Source of the DNA: Candidatus Hydrogenedentota bacterium
GTDB lineage: Bacteria > Hydrogenedentota > Hydrogenedentia > Hydrogenedentales > JAEUWI01
NCBI GenBank assembly: GCA_024280935.1
Contig: JAJRPE010000175.1
Span: 1-52,702, forward strand
Direction of reading: 5' to 3'
DNA: 52,702 bases
Shown: positions 44,051-52,702 of the stretch, one piece after another
How the letters are laid out: each line of letters opens with the position of its first letter
Numbering within the stretch: the first letter of the stretch is position 1
Program-made: the position numbers and the translations under genes
Notes under the pieces: model-generated
What the model was told of the DNA's origin: nothing
The model's input: the letters and a program-made list of their open reading frames with translations, nothing else
Databases searched by the model: none

Positions 44051-46117
44051 ATGAGAATCATTTCAAAAGCCTCTTGGCCTTTCGTTGTATTGGTGTGTTT
44101 GTCGCTGAGCATCCCTACCCCAGCGCACGCCGACGATTTGGAGGCCATGAAGGGAAAACTGCACGGTGACCACAGTTGGATGATGTGGGCCACGGCAAGC
44201 GTGTTGTCGGACGAAGAGCGTGCCTATCTTGCGCCAGAGCTTGAATTGCTGATCGAACACTACACCCATCTACCCGACATGAATTGGTCCAACTCCGGCA
44301 CGTGGGGAGGCTGGTCGGGATTGCCCGATGCGGGATGGTCGCCCGATGTGCGGCGCGAGTGGGGGATTTCCCAGGCCTGTGACTGGAGTCCGGTGAGCCG
44401 CCAGGGACATCAAGTTCATCTTCATTCGCCGCCCGGCACCTACGAGGCATCGCGCACGCTCTATCCCAAGGCCATCGAATTATTGAAGTTGGGCAGACAC
44501 GGCGATGCTATTCGCATGTTTGGTGCCGTGTTTCATTCGATTCAGGACTCGGCGACCTTCCCGCGCATGCAGGCGATCCATCGTGCGTCAAAATTCGCCT
44601 ATGAGAAAACCCGTATTACCGGCTATCAGCCCCAAATACTGAGTGATACGCCCGAGGAGGTGGGGGAGGCCTTGGTGAAGCGGGTTGAGGGCATGGTCCA
44701 CTTTGTGGAAACGGTTGCCCTGGAACTCAGGCAGGCTATTTTGGAGGACGATCTGGAGCGCTACAACGAGCTGCGTGTTCGCTGCACGAACGAGGCCGCC
44801 AAAGTCGTCACCGATGCCCTTCACACCGCCATCGCACTGGCCGGGCCAAGGCCCGCGTATGTGGCACCGGCGGCCAACAAAAATCTGGTAACCAATGCGA
44901 ACGTGGAAGAAGAGGATTTTTGGGAGCCTTGGCCCGAGGGCTGGGTGGGTGCCCATGGGGATAAGCAGGACCGCGTGGGGCGTATCGAATGGGAAGGGCT
45001 GGCCATACGAAACGGCAACGTCTATCATTCGGGGCGGCATTCGCTCAAACTCATGTGGGCGGGGACACAGGGCTTGGAATGGCGGCAGACGTGGCCTGCG
45101 GCATCATTTGTAAGACCCGGCCAGCGATATCGTGCCAGCGCATGGGTGCGGACCGCCCAGGCGACGGGAGAGTCCTTTGTGGTGCTTCAGTTTTCCGACG
45201 CGGCAGCACAGTTGGTGCAGGAAGTTAAAAGCACCGCCATTCAGGGCGATCACGATTGGACGCAACTGGCCGCGGAAGCGGATGTGCCCGAGGGTGCTGT
45301 GCGCGTCCGTGTCATCTTGCGCAGTGTGGAGAATGAAGGGGCGACGTGGTTTGACGACATAGCCCTGCACCGCCTGGAATCCGTTCCCACTGCGGAAGGT
45401 GTGCCAGCGTCCCAATCAGCCCCACGGACGGAAGACCGGGTTCTTCGTTTTACCTTCAATGAGACCTCCGGTGTCCATGTGAATGATCACTCCCCCTACG
45501 CCGCGTTAAATGGCCCCAACATGACCTTTTCGGCGGGCATTCCGGCGGAGTTGCACGCCCAGGATGACCAGCGTGGTGCCGTGATATCTTTCGATGGAAT
45601 CGATGATTTCCTCGAATGTCCCGCGTCCCACATTCAGGATATGCATGCCCCGGAGGGTGCCATGACCCTTATGCTTTGGGTGCGCAACACCGGCGAAGCC
45701 CAGGATGCTGTGCTGGTGCAGAAAGAACAGCGCCCACGGGATGGAAAAGCGCGAGGCTATCGCCTGAGTCTTAACGAGGGAGGCAACGTGCAGTGGACCG
45801 TCCACACGGAAAGCGGCCCCGTGATTGCCGTGTCGAAAGCGGCCATTCCGGGAAACCAATGGGTACACATCGCCGCAGTCAGCGTGCCAGGCGAGTCGTT
45901 GATGATCTACATTGACGGCGTGCTTCAGGGAACTGCGGAACTGAAGGACAAAGTCCTACGACCGCGGAAAGCCCGTGTAGGCGCGCCGCCAGCCCTGTAT
46001 CTGGGAGCGAACACCGGAGTACGTGATTTTTTCCAAGGCCAGTTTGATGACCTGATCTTGTTGAATCGTGCGCTGGCACCCGATGAAATCGTGACTTACG
46101 CTGAGCAATCAAACTAA
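44051..46117 (+). CDS. Secreted multidomain protein: helical N-terminal domain (possible Zn-PLC/P1-nuclease-like) + CBM4/9-like + LamG (Laminin_G_3) domain
   Basis: Signal WPFVVLVCLSLSIPTPAHA. HSIQDSATFPRMQAIH (H-x3-D...P..H pattern). CBM-like SGRHSLKL...WVR...VVLQF...WFDDIAL. LamG: ISFDGIDDFLEC...MTLMLWV...WVHIAAV...IYIDGV...FQGQFDDLILLNRAL. Confidence 0.8.
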   Translation: MRIISKASWPFVVLVCLSLSIPTPAHADDLEAMKGKLHGDHSWMMWATASVLSDEERAYLAPELELLIEHYTHLPDMNWSNSGTWGGWSGLPDAGWSPDVRREWGISQACDWSPVSRQGHQVHLHSPPGTYEASRTLYPKAIELLKLGRHGDAIRMFGAVFHSIQDSATFPRMQAIHRASKFAYEKTRITGYQPQILSDTPEEVGEALVKRVEGMVHFVETVALELRQAILEDDLERYNELRVRCTNEAAKVVTDALHTAIALAGPRPAYVAPAANKNLVTNANVEEEDFWEPWPEGWVGAHGDKQDRVGRIEWEGLAIRNGNVYHSGRHSLKLMWAGTQGLEWRQTWPAASFVRPGQRYRASAWVRTAQATGESFVVLQFSDAAAQLVQEVKSTAIQGDHDWTQLAAEADVPEGAVRVRVILRSVENEGATWFDDIALHRLESVPTAEGVPASQSAPRTEDRVLRFTFNETSGVHVNDHSPYAALNGPNMTFSAGIPAELHAQDDQRGAVISFDGIDDFLECPASHIQDMHAPEGAMTLMLWVRNTGEAQDAVLVQKEQRPRDGKARGYRLSLNEGGNVQWTVHTESGPVIAVSKAAIPGNQWVHIAAVSVPGESLMIYIDGVLQGTAELKDKVLRPRKARVGAPPALYLGANTGVRDFFQGQFDDLILLNRALAPDEIVTYAEQSN

Positions 46118-46226
46118 TGTTCGCTTCGCCCACAACCCAAGACTGTCATCCCCGCGAACGCGGGGATCCAGTGGAGATTTGGTGCAAACTTACCGCGTTC
46201 TGGATTCCCACGTGCGTGGGAATGAC
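46118..46226. repeat. D-type double-hairpin element, copy 3 (variant left end GTTCGCTTCGCCCACAACCCAA)
   Basis: gtcatccccgcgaacgcggggatcc ... ggattcccacgtgcgtgggaatgac. The left-end motif recurs alone at 46276-46296. Confidence 0.8.
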
Positions 46227-46310
46227 ATGGGCTTATCTTGTTTCTTATAGTGGTTTCACGGAGTAAGGTACTAAGGTGAGCTTCGCCCACAACCCAATTT
46301 TCGCCAACAA

Positions 46311-46526
46311 GGAAGCGTCAAGGGTGCCACCCTCACGCGGGGGAGCGAAGCGGGGAAGCTTGCGGGTGCAAGTCATCAGGATAGCCTCGTGTATAAAAAG
46401 AGACGACAAGAATGTTACGACGTGTATTGTGAACCAGGTGACGAATTGAAACACGTTTCAGGAGTCTGCACCCGCAAACTTAGCCGGGAACCGGCTTCGT
46501 GTGAGGGGGGCACCCTTGAAGCTTCC
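46311..46526. repeat. Inverted repeat with arms of about 60 bp (46311-46372 / 46466-46526) around a 93-bp AT-rich core
   Basis: ggaagcgtcaagggtgccaccctcacgc...cttgcgggtgcaag versus ctgcacccgcaaac...gtgaggggggcacccttgaagcttcc. Confidence 0.8.
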
Positions 46527-46581
46527 TTTGAAGGTTCTGGGCACATCAAATGGCTCAAAAGCCCTGTTTTCAGCCATCAAA

Positions 46582-46610
46582 CTTGACATCATCGGGGCTG
46601 TTTTCTATAT
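46582..46610 (+). promoter_or_regulatory. Candidate strong sigma-70 promoter upstream of the SulP gene
   Basis: TTGACA (46582-46587), 17 nt, then TATATAAT (46605-46612). It would give a leader of about 140 nt. Confidence 0.5.
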
Positions 46611-46756
46611 AATACCAGTTCTTTCCTCCCCTTGGCATGGCACCCGATCTGCGTAATGTATATCCCTGTCTTTACGTGTATCGTCGTTTTTGCCCCTGCT
46701 GTTAACAAAGCAGGCTGCCAGAAAAACACCAGCCCCCTTTCCCATAAGGCATTTGA

Positions 46757-48463
46757 ATGATCGACTTAATTGTTAAACGACAGCACAGCCTGAAGGACGA
46801 ACTCCTTTCTGGACTGACCGTGGCCCTGGCCCTTGTCCCGGAAGCTGTGGCCTTTGCCTTTGTGGCCGGTGTTGACCCCATGGTCGGACTCTGGGCCGCC
46901 TTCTTTGTCGGCTTTATCACGGCCGCGATTGGCGGGCGCCCTGGAATGATCTCTGGCGCAACGGGTGCCATGGCCGTTGTTATGACTTCCTTCGTCATAC
47001 TCTACGGCCTGGAGTATCTCTTCGCCGCCGTCGTCTTGTGCGGTATCATCCAGATCCTGTGCGGTGTCTTTAAGCTGGGAAAATTCGTGCGTCTCCTGCC
47101 GCACCCCGTCATGCTCGGTTTCGTAAACGGGCTGGCCATCGTTATCGGCAAAGCCCAGTTTGGTCAGCTCAAAGAGAACATGGCGGTGTTCTTTGATGAA
47201 CACACCGGGAACTTTGTTGTGGCGGGCGAGTGGATGAGCGGCCCCGCGCTCTACACCACCATCGGCCTGATCGCCCTTACCATGGCGATCATCCAATACC
47301 TCCCCAAGCTCACCAAAGCCATTCCCGGCACCCTCGCGGCAATCGTCATCGTCACCACCCTGGTGCAGATCACCCCGCTGCAATCTATAACCGTCAATGA
47401 TTTCGTTACCAGCCAAAAACAAATTGCCCTCGAAAAGAAAATCAAAACCGACGAGTTTGAAGCCCTCAAGCCGGGCATGCTCTATGGTGAGATCGCGGCC
47501 AAAGGCCATAAAAAGGCCGCCGAAGCCTTTACCGCCCCTGAAACGACCCTGGAAGGGCGAAAAGCAGGGCGATTTCAGATGCCCGATATCGATTTCTCCT
47601 TTCACAGCCTTGGTATCATCTTCGGGCTGGCGCTCACGTTGGCCGCCATTGGTCTCATCGAATCCCTCATGACCCTTACCCTGATAGACGAGCTCACCGA
47701 AACCCGTGGGCATGGTAATCGAGAATGTATCGCCCAGGGACTCGCCAATATCGTTTCTGGATTTTTTGGCAGCATGGGCGGCTGCGCCATGATTGGCCAA
47801 TCCATGATCAACATCCGTTCCGGTGGGCGAACCCGGCTCTCGGGCATGGCGGCGGCGCTCTTCCTCCTGGGCTTTACCATTTACCCGCCTCTTTGGGCGG
47901 CCATCGGAAAAATCCCCGTGGCAGCCCTGATTGGCGTCATGTTCATCGTCGTCATCGCGACCTTCGAATGGACCAGCCTCCGCCTGTGGAATAAAATTCC
48001 CAAGAGTGATTTTCTCACCATCATATTGGTCTCTTCGGTGACCGTTATATTTGATCTTGCCATCGCGGTGATTGCGGGGGTGATCATGTCTGCCCTTGTA
48101 TTCGCGTGGAAGAAATCCCAGCGTATCTTTGCGAACACCTATGAAGAGAATGACATCAAGACTTACGAACTGAACGGCCCCTTGTTTTTTGGCGCAGTGA
48201 CCAGTTTCAAGAGTATCTTTACGCCGAATGAAGACCCTGACGAAGTCGTGATCGAGTTCAAAAACTGCCAGGTCTATGACCACTCCGCCCTCGAAGCGAT
48301 TCATGGCCTCAGCGAAAAGTACCGCAAGCTGGGCAAGACGGCCCGGCTGAAGCACCTCAGCACCGAGTGCCAGGCCCTGCTGAAAAAGGCGGGCGACATC
48401 ATCGAAGTCGACCTTCACGAAGATCCGCACTACCACATCGCGAGCGATGAACTGGCCAAGTAG
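46757..48463 (+). CDS. SulP-family anion transporter with C-terminal STAS domain
   Basis: LSGLTVALALVPEAVAFAFVAGVDPMVGLWAAF, GGRPGMISGATGAMAVV, and STAS end (YELNGPLFFGAV...VIEFKNCQVYDHSALEAI). Confidence 0.93.
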   Translation: MIDLIVKRQHSLKDELLSGLTVALALVPEAVAFAFVAGVDPMVGLWAAFFVGFITAAIGGRPGMISGATGAMAVVMTSFVILYGLEYLFAAVVLCGIIQILCGVFKLGKFVRLLPHPVMLGFVNGLAIVIGKAQFGQLKENMAVFFDEHTGNFVVAGEWMSGPALYTTIGLIALTMAIIQYLPKLTKAIPGTLAAIVIVTTLVQITPLQSITVNDFVTSQKQIALEKKIKTDEFEALKPGMLYGEIAAKGHKKAAEAFTAPETTLEGRKAGRFQMPDIDFSFHSLGIIFGLALTLAAIGLIESLMTLTLIDELTETRGHGNRECIAQGLANIVSGFFGSMGGCAMIGQSMINIRSGGRTRLSGMAAALFLLGFTIYPPLWAAIGKIPVAALIGVMFIVVIATFEWTSLRLWNKIPKSDFLTIILVSSVTVIFDLAIAVIAGVIMSALVFAWKKSQRIFANTYEENDIKTYELNGPLFFGAVTSFKSIFTPNEDPDEVVIEFKNCQVYDHSALEAIHGLSEKYRKLGKTARLKHLSTECQALLKKAGDIIEVDLHEDPHYHIASDELAK

Positions 48464-48668
48464 CTCGTTTCGCTACGGCGTGTGCGGTGCCCTGTGAACA
48501 AATACGAAAAACGGCAAGGGTGCCACCTACACAGACACGAGGAACGAGTAATGGTTACTCGCTTGTCGGCGGAGAAACCCCGTTGGACTAATCGCGAGGT
48601 GCTGAAACGGCTACCACGAAGCTCAGACGTGCCGCGCGATCCCCAAAAGGCGAGTCTCAACGAGTCCT

Positions 48669-48754
48669 GAGGGGTTCGTGCGCTGGCGTAGCGCCGCTCG
48701 CGCAAGATGCTTCGGGAGTATCACGGTGCTGTTGCTCCAAGCGCACGAACCCTC
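48669..48754. repeat. Hairpin-forming inverted repeat: 18-nt arms, 50-nt loop
   Basis: gaggggttcgtgcgctgg ... ccaagcgcacgaaccctc. Confidence 0.7.
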
Positions 48755-48886
48755 GTACCTCGGGATCGCACGGCACATCCGATAGAACTCATGTGTGACC
48801 AACCCCAACATAGCTTGTGCAGGGTTCCACGACGAAGTTGTTCCGTTTGACGCGTTCCTTATTCCATAGGTTCAATCTCGTTTTAA

Positions 48887-49891
48887 TCACCCGCACTCGT
48901 GTGTCAACACGGCACGGTAACGTACTTTTCCTTCGGCCAGTCGTTGCATAACCTCGTTCACAGCCTCCAGCGGATAGCATTCCAGCATAGGCTTGACCTT
49001 GCCGGATGCAGCCAAGCCCAGAATCTCGACCAGGTCCTCGCGACCGCATTGCTGCGAGCCGATTATTCTAATTTGATGATCGAGGAGGAACAGCGGATCA
49101 ATCTCCATTTTCTCCTTGCTGATGGCCATCGAAACCAGTTTGCCCTCGTGCCGGATTCCCTCGATTACCTGGCTATTGTGTTTCATGTCATTTGATGTAG
49201 AAATAGCAACATCCACCCCGCCCATATCCGCCAGCGCCTTGCCTGCATGTTCCTTAACCACCAAGACCTCGTCCGCACCAAGCTGTCGGGCTTCTTCGCG
49301 CTTGTTTTCACTGCTCGTGATGGCCACCACTTCGTGCCCGTAGGCTTTGGCTACCTGCACCAGGAGATGTCCCAGCCCACCGATGCCGATCACGCCGACG
49401 CGGTCGCCGGGTTTGGCCTGGGCGTTGCGGTAGCCGCTCATGACCGTGTAACCCGCGCAAAATAGCGGTGCTGCCACAGCCCAGTCGAGACCATCAGGCA
49501 AGAGCGTGCAACCGGCTGCCCGCGCTATCATGTACTCCGCGTGCCCGCCGCCGAGATTCATCCAGGAATACTGATCGTCGCAGTAGTCGGGTTTGCGCCG
49601 CTGACAGAATCCACAACGTCCGCAGCCCTCCTGCACCCACGAAACGCCGACCCGGTCACCTTCGCGCAGATGGGTGACCCCATCTCCAAGAGCGTCGATA
49701 GTGCCCACAGGTTCGTGGCCGAGAACCCAGGGCGACTGCAACGGGAGGGTGCCGTCCCAATAATGCGCGTCGGTCCCGCAGATGCCACTTGCGTGACAGC
49801 GAATACGCACCTCGCCTGGGCCAGGCTCCGGCACGGCCACGTCCTGGAAGGTAAAAGGTTGTTTTGCTCCAGTGAAAAATGCAGCTTTCAT
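48887..49891 (-). CDS. Zinc-dependent alcohol dehydrogenase (MDR superfamily)
   Basis: CGTDAHYW, GHEPVG, structural-Zn Cys cluster GCGRCGFCQRRKPDYC, and GIGGLGH Rossmann motif. ATG 49891 gives MKAAFFTG... Confidence 0.92.
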   Translation of the reverse strand: MKAAFFTGAKQPFTFQDVAVPEPGPGEVRIRCHASGICGTDAHYWDGTLPLQSPWVLGHEPVGTIDALGDGVTHLREGDRVGVSWVQEGCGRCGFCQRRKPDYCDDQYSWMNLGGGHAEYMIARAAGCTLLPDGLDWAVAAPLFCAGYTVMSGYRNAQAKPGDRVGVIGIGGLGHLLVQVAKAYGHEVVAITSSENKREEARQLGADEVLVVKEHAGKALADMGGVDVAISTSNDMKHNSQVIEGIRHEGKLVSMAISKEKMEIDPLFLLDHQIRIIGSQQCGREDLVEILGLAASGKVKPMLECYPLEAVNEVMQRLAEGKVRYRAVLTHECG

Positions 49892-49940
49892 TTGCCCTGC
49901 CCTTCGTTCGATTATCTCAAGGTGCCGTCTGTAGACTGAG

Positions 49941-51995
49941 CTACACCCGCTCACTTTTCAGATTTAGCGCCCCCCGAACTTCGCTCAGAAGTTTCTTGAG
50001 TCGGAAAGGTTTCTTTATATAGGCCACGGCACCGGCATCAAGCAGGGCTTGGGACTCACTATCGATAGCGTAGCCGCTACATAGAATAATCTTTGCGTCG
50101 GGCCGGGCTTCCCTGAGCATGGGGAATGCCTCGGGTCCACTGAGCACGGGCATGCGCATGTCGAGAAGGATGACGTGTATATCGCCTTCGAAACCCTGTG
50201 CCATGGCGATGCCTTCCTCACCATTTCGCGCCTTGAGAACGGCGTATCCTTTTAGATGAAGTATCTTTTCCACTACATCGAGAATTCTTTCTTCGTCGTC
50301 GATGAGAAGGACGGTTTCACTTCCGCCAAGACTGTTTTCCATCTGATCCGGCGGGTGCGGTATCTCCAGGGTCGTGACAGGGAGGTATACGCTGAATGTT
50401 GCGCCTTCTCCCGGCTGGCTGTCCACATAAATCCCGCCCTCGTGACTCTTTACGATGCCATAGGCCGCCGCAAGACCAAGACCGCGACTTTGTCCCGTCT
50501 GCCTTGACGTGAAGAAGGGTTCAAAAATTCTCGCACGGGTTTGCTCGTCCATGCCGCAACCGGTGTCCTCCACCGTAAGCAGCACATAGGAACCCGGCTT
50601 CATGCCGGGAAGAGCGTCGCTCTCCTCCGCTGACATATTTGCGTTGGATGTAGTAAATACGATTTGACCGGATTCATCCATGGTTTCGACCGCATTATTG
50701 ATAAGGTTTATTAGGACCTGCTCAATTTGAGAGCTGTCTGCATAAATATTCTTGAGTTCCGAATCAAAACGGCTCTCGACATGTATCGCGGGGGGAATGT
50801 GGACCCGGTCCAATCTCAAGGTCGCGTCAATGGTCTTGTTCAGGTTGATGACTTTGGGCGCATATTTTCCACCGCGTGCGTAGGCCAGCATCTGTGAGGA
50901 TAATTCATCGGCCTTTATGGCAGCGCCTTCGATGTGCCTCAGGCGCTTGGCGGCGGCATGCTCTTCCGACACCTCCAACTGGGCGAGCGACGCGTTGCCA
51001 AGGATAACCGCTATGAGGTTATTGAAATCGTGGGCAATACCGCCAACCAATGTGGCGATGGCTTCCATTCGAGCGGCCGTTCGAACCGCTTCTTCCGCAC
51101 GCTTTCTGGCAGTAATGTCTCGGGTTACACCAACAATGGAAAACTTAGTTCCATCGTCGCTCGGGATGAAAGAGACCCGATGCTCGCCGGTTACCGACGT
51201 GCCGTTCGTATGGATATCCTCTCGAATTACTGTTTGCGAAGGGGGAGTGCCAGGAAAACAGGATTCGCCCTGGCTGATTACGTCCAGAACGGCTTGACGC
51301 AACGGGGATTCCTCTGGGCCGTTGGCGACGAGTTCCCGCCATAATTTTTTCGCGTCTTTGGCAGTATACCCGATGAAATCCATGACAGCAGGGTTGATGT
51401 AGACCAGGTTCAGGTTGGCATCAATCGACCAGATCACGTCGGAGGCGTTTTCCGTAACCAGGCGAAAACGCGTTTCGCTTTCCCGCAAGGCATCATTGAG
51501 CTTCTTTTGCTCCGCAAGGCTGGCCTTAAGGGAAGCGCTCTTCTCCGCCAATTCGGAATGTGAACGCGAAATTTCGAGGATGATGAAATAACTGGCGCAA
51601 AGGAGGGTCAGTACGCCGAGGGTAACTACGCCGGTATCGATCTTCATCGCATGAAGGACACCACCATTACCATAGAAGGGATGGGCCGCAATCCCGGGCA
51701 CCTCCTCCAGGAAATTCATGGTCAGGCCGACTGCGATGAGGCTACTTCCCAACCGCACCGCAGGAATCACCCGGGGGATGTAAGCAATCTTGCGGGCAAG
51801 ATACCATGTGCCAAATAGAAGGACCAAGCCCAGCGCCATTCCCATGGCATCACGCGGGAACTCGGCATCATCGCTTATCTTATCAATGCAAAGGACGGAG
51901 ATTAGCATGAATGCCGACACGAGGGCCATTCCCCGCACAACCCACCTGACATTACGGAAGTCCATCTCCGTCGAAGACGATGTTTCTACAGGCAT
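49941..51995 (-). CDS. Hybrid sensor histidine kinase / response regulator (membrane N-terminus, PAS, HisKA, HATPase_c, REC)
   Basis: H-box GGIAHDFNNLI, N-box LINLINNAVETM, DTGCGMD, GLGLAAAYGIV, receiver VLLIDDEE...ILLDMRMPVLSG...K. GGAGG 7 nt upstream of ATG 51995. Confidence 0.92.
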   Translation of the reverse strand: MPVETSSSTEMDFRNVRWVVRGMALVSAFMLISVLCIDKISDDAEFPRDAMGMALGLVLLFGTWYLARKIAYIPRVIPAVRLGSSLIAVGLTMNFLEEVPGIAAHPFYGNGGVLHAMKIDTGVVTLGVLTLLCASYFIILEISRSHSELAEKSASLKASLAEQKKLNDALRESETRFRLVTENASDVIWSIDANLNLVYINPAVMDFIGYTAKDAKKLWRELVANGPEESPLRQAVLDVISQGESCFPGTPPSQTVIREDIHTNGTSVTGEHRVSFIPSDDGTKFSIVGVTRDITARKRAEEAVRTAARMEAIATLVGGIAHDFNNLIAVILGNASLAQLEVSEEHAAAKRLRHIEGAAIKADELSSQMLAYARGGKYAPKVINLNKTIDATLRLDRVHIPPAIHVESRFDSELKNIYADSSQIEQVLINLINNAVETMDESGQIVFTTSNANMSAEESDALPGMKPGSYVLLTVEDTGCGMDEQTRARIFEPFFTSRQTGQSRGLGLAAAYGIVKSHEGGIYVDSQPGEGATFSVYLPVTTLEIPHPPDQMENSLGGSETVLLIDDEERILDVVEKILHLKGYAVLKARNGEEGIAMAQGFEGDIHVILLDMRMPVLSGPEAFPMLREARPDAKIILCSGYAIDSESQALLDAGAVAYIKKPFRLKKLLSEVRGALNLKSERV

Positions 51996-52145
51996 TCGAT
52001 TCCCTCCCCTTAAATCGCCCCGTGAATATCTATCGGAACGATAATATACAAATGGGACGGCCCTCAATGACTACAATCATAGACAATAAAAGCGGCGTAA
52101 AACAAAAACGTCCAGAATCCGAATGCCCTGTGCAGTGAAATCTTC

Positions 52146-52271
52146 GTAAGCATTCACACCCTCCGCTTTTTTCTTGATATCACCTTGACCCTATAAAAAC
52201 AACCTTCGGGTGCCACAGACAAGCCCGGTAGGGCTTGTCCGTGGCACCCCAAGTGGCCCGTGAACGCTTAC
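52146..52271. mobile_element. MITE (126 bp), termini GTAAGCATTCAC / GTGAACGCTTAC, perfect 8-bp TSD AAATCTTC; cargo is an A-variant hairpin
   Basis: AAATCTTC occurs at 52138-52145 and 52272-52279. The interior hairpin is gggtgccacagacaagccc-ggta-gggcttgtccgtggcaccc (52208-52249). Confidence 0.8.
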
Positions 52272-52563
52272 AAATCTTCTTCGTGGGGCTATTTCAAGGC
52301 ATAGATAGAGACACCGTTGTTTGATAGTTGGAGTAGTTGTACAGCGGATTCTTTATGGTGAGGAAGTTGCAATCCGTGGTCAAAGTTTTGGTTGCGGCCA
52401 ATGGCTGCTCTGAACTACTATCCGCCATTTTCTTGTTTTCTCAATAAGAAAATTTTTCTCAGATTATGTAACGTATTGATGTCAAGTCGTTTACAGAATA
52501 GAAACGAACGGGTGTTTATTTTGAGTTTCGCCGGAGTTCTGTTTGATCTCAACAGTTTTTTTA

Positions 52564-52702
52564 CCACGAAGGACACGAAGGGCGCACGAAGAAGGAAAAA
52601 TTTAAGGACGGACCGTGCAACCTGTTACCTCTATTCTCCTCTTCGTGCGCCCTTCGTGTTCTTCGTGCCTTCGTGGTGAATAAAGTTTTGGTTGCGGCCA
52701 AC
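52564..52702. repeat. L-type repeat: inverted CACGAAG-rich arms (52564-52595 / 52641-52676) plus a GTTGGCCGCAACCAAAACTTT end; runs into the window edge
   Basis: The reverse complement of 52599-52702 aligns with 6838-6937. AAAGTTTTGGTTGCGGCCAA also occurs at 52382-52401. Confidence 0.75.

Noticed and set aside
43834-44193. 119-aa minus-strand ORF overlapping the start of the LamG protein gene
   Set aside because: It begins inside the 44051 gene on the opposite strand and runs into the inverted-repeat arm. It has no motif support.
46766-48436. 556-aa ORF on the minus strand
   Set aside because: It is exactly antisense to the well-supported SulP gene, and its translation is Gly/Arg/Asp-rich with no motifs. 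This is a typical shadow ORF in GC-rich DNA. The same holds for 31038-32114(-) in infB, 3393-4244(-) in glgC, 10616-11497(-) and 11687-12487(-) in tex, 38881-39537(-) and 39584-40363(-) in the MFP gene, 41186-41932(-), 43052-43666(-) and 35005-35619(-).
52392-52679. 95-aa ORF (…TKDTKGARRRK…FVFFVPSW)
   Set aside because: The C-terminal half is a translation of the CACGAAG-rich inverted arms, and the N-terminal half lies in an AT-rich non-coding-looking block. There is no RBS.

Overview
This is a 52.7-kb chromosomal segment of moderately high GC from a diderm bacterium. A Tat-signal sulfatase, giant FG-GAP/BNR and LamG secreted proteins, a GT39 enzyme and an ECF sigma factor are reminiscent of PVC-group or candidate-phylum genomes, but that is inference only. 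I call about 38 protein genes, mostly housekeeping. They include a 5'-truncated 3-hydroxyacyl-CoA dehydrogenase, ArsR, sulfatase, glgC, tex, dksA-like, lgt, an ECF sigma/anti-sigma pair, an S41 protease, rph-rdgB, tsaC, rpiB and hslU. The conserved block pgeF / rimP-nusA-infB-DUF503-rbfA(fused to nrnA)-truB-ribF is present. It is followed by a TolC-MFP-MacB efflux operon, an alpha/beta hydrolase, a SulP transporter, a Zn-ADH and a hybrid histidine kinase. I saw no rRNA, tRNA, CRISPR/cas, prophage or recognisable defence genes, and I cannot point to a clear novel protein-coding system. The unusual part is the non-coding DNA. About 8.4 kb (about 16% by my gene calls) is built almost entirely from palindromic repeat modules. 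Many modules sit inside a common shell with termini GTAAGCGTTCAC...GTGAACGCTTAC. Three copies have perfect 8-bp target-site duplications and a fourth has a 7/8 match. I interpret these as IS66-like MITEs carrying interchangeable hairpin cargos. A second system is a decayed REPtron: a RAYT-like transposase remnant between inverted arms of three REP hairpins each. Secondary points are the RbfA-NrnA fusion, the FG-GAP + sialidase-like giant protein, an elongated MacAB-TolC set, a leader terminator ahead of rimP-nusA-infB and an acidic tandem-repeat tail on NusA.
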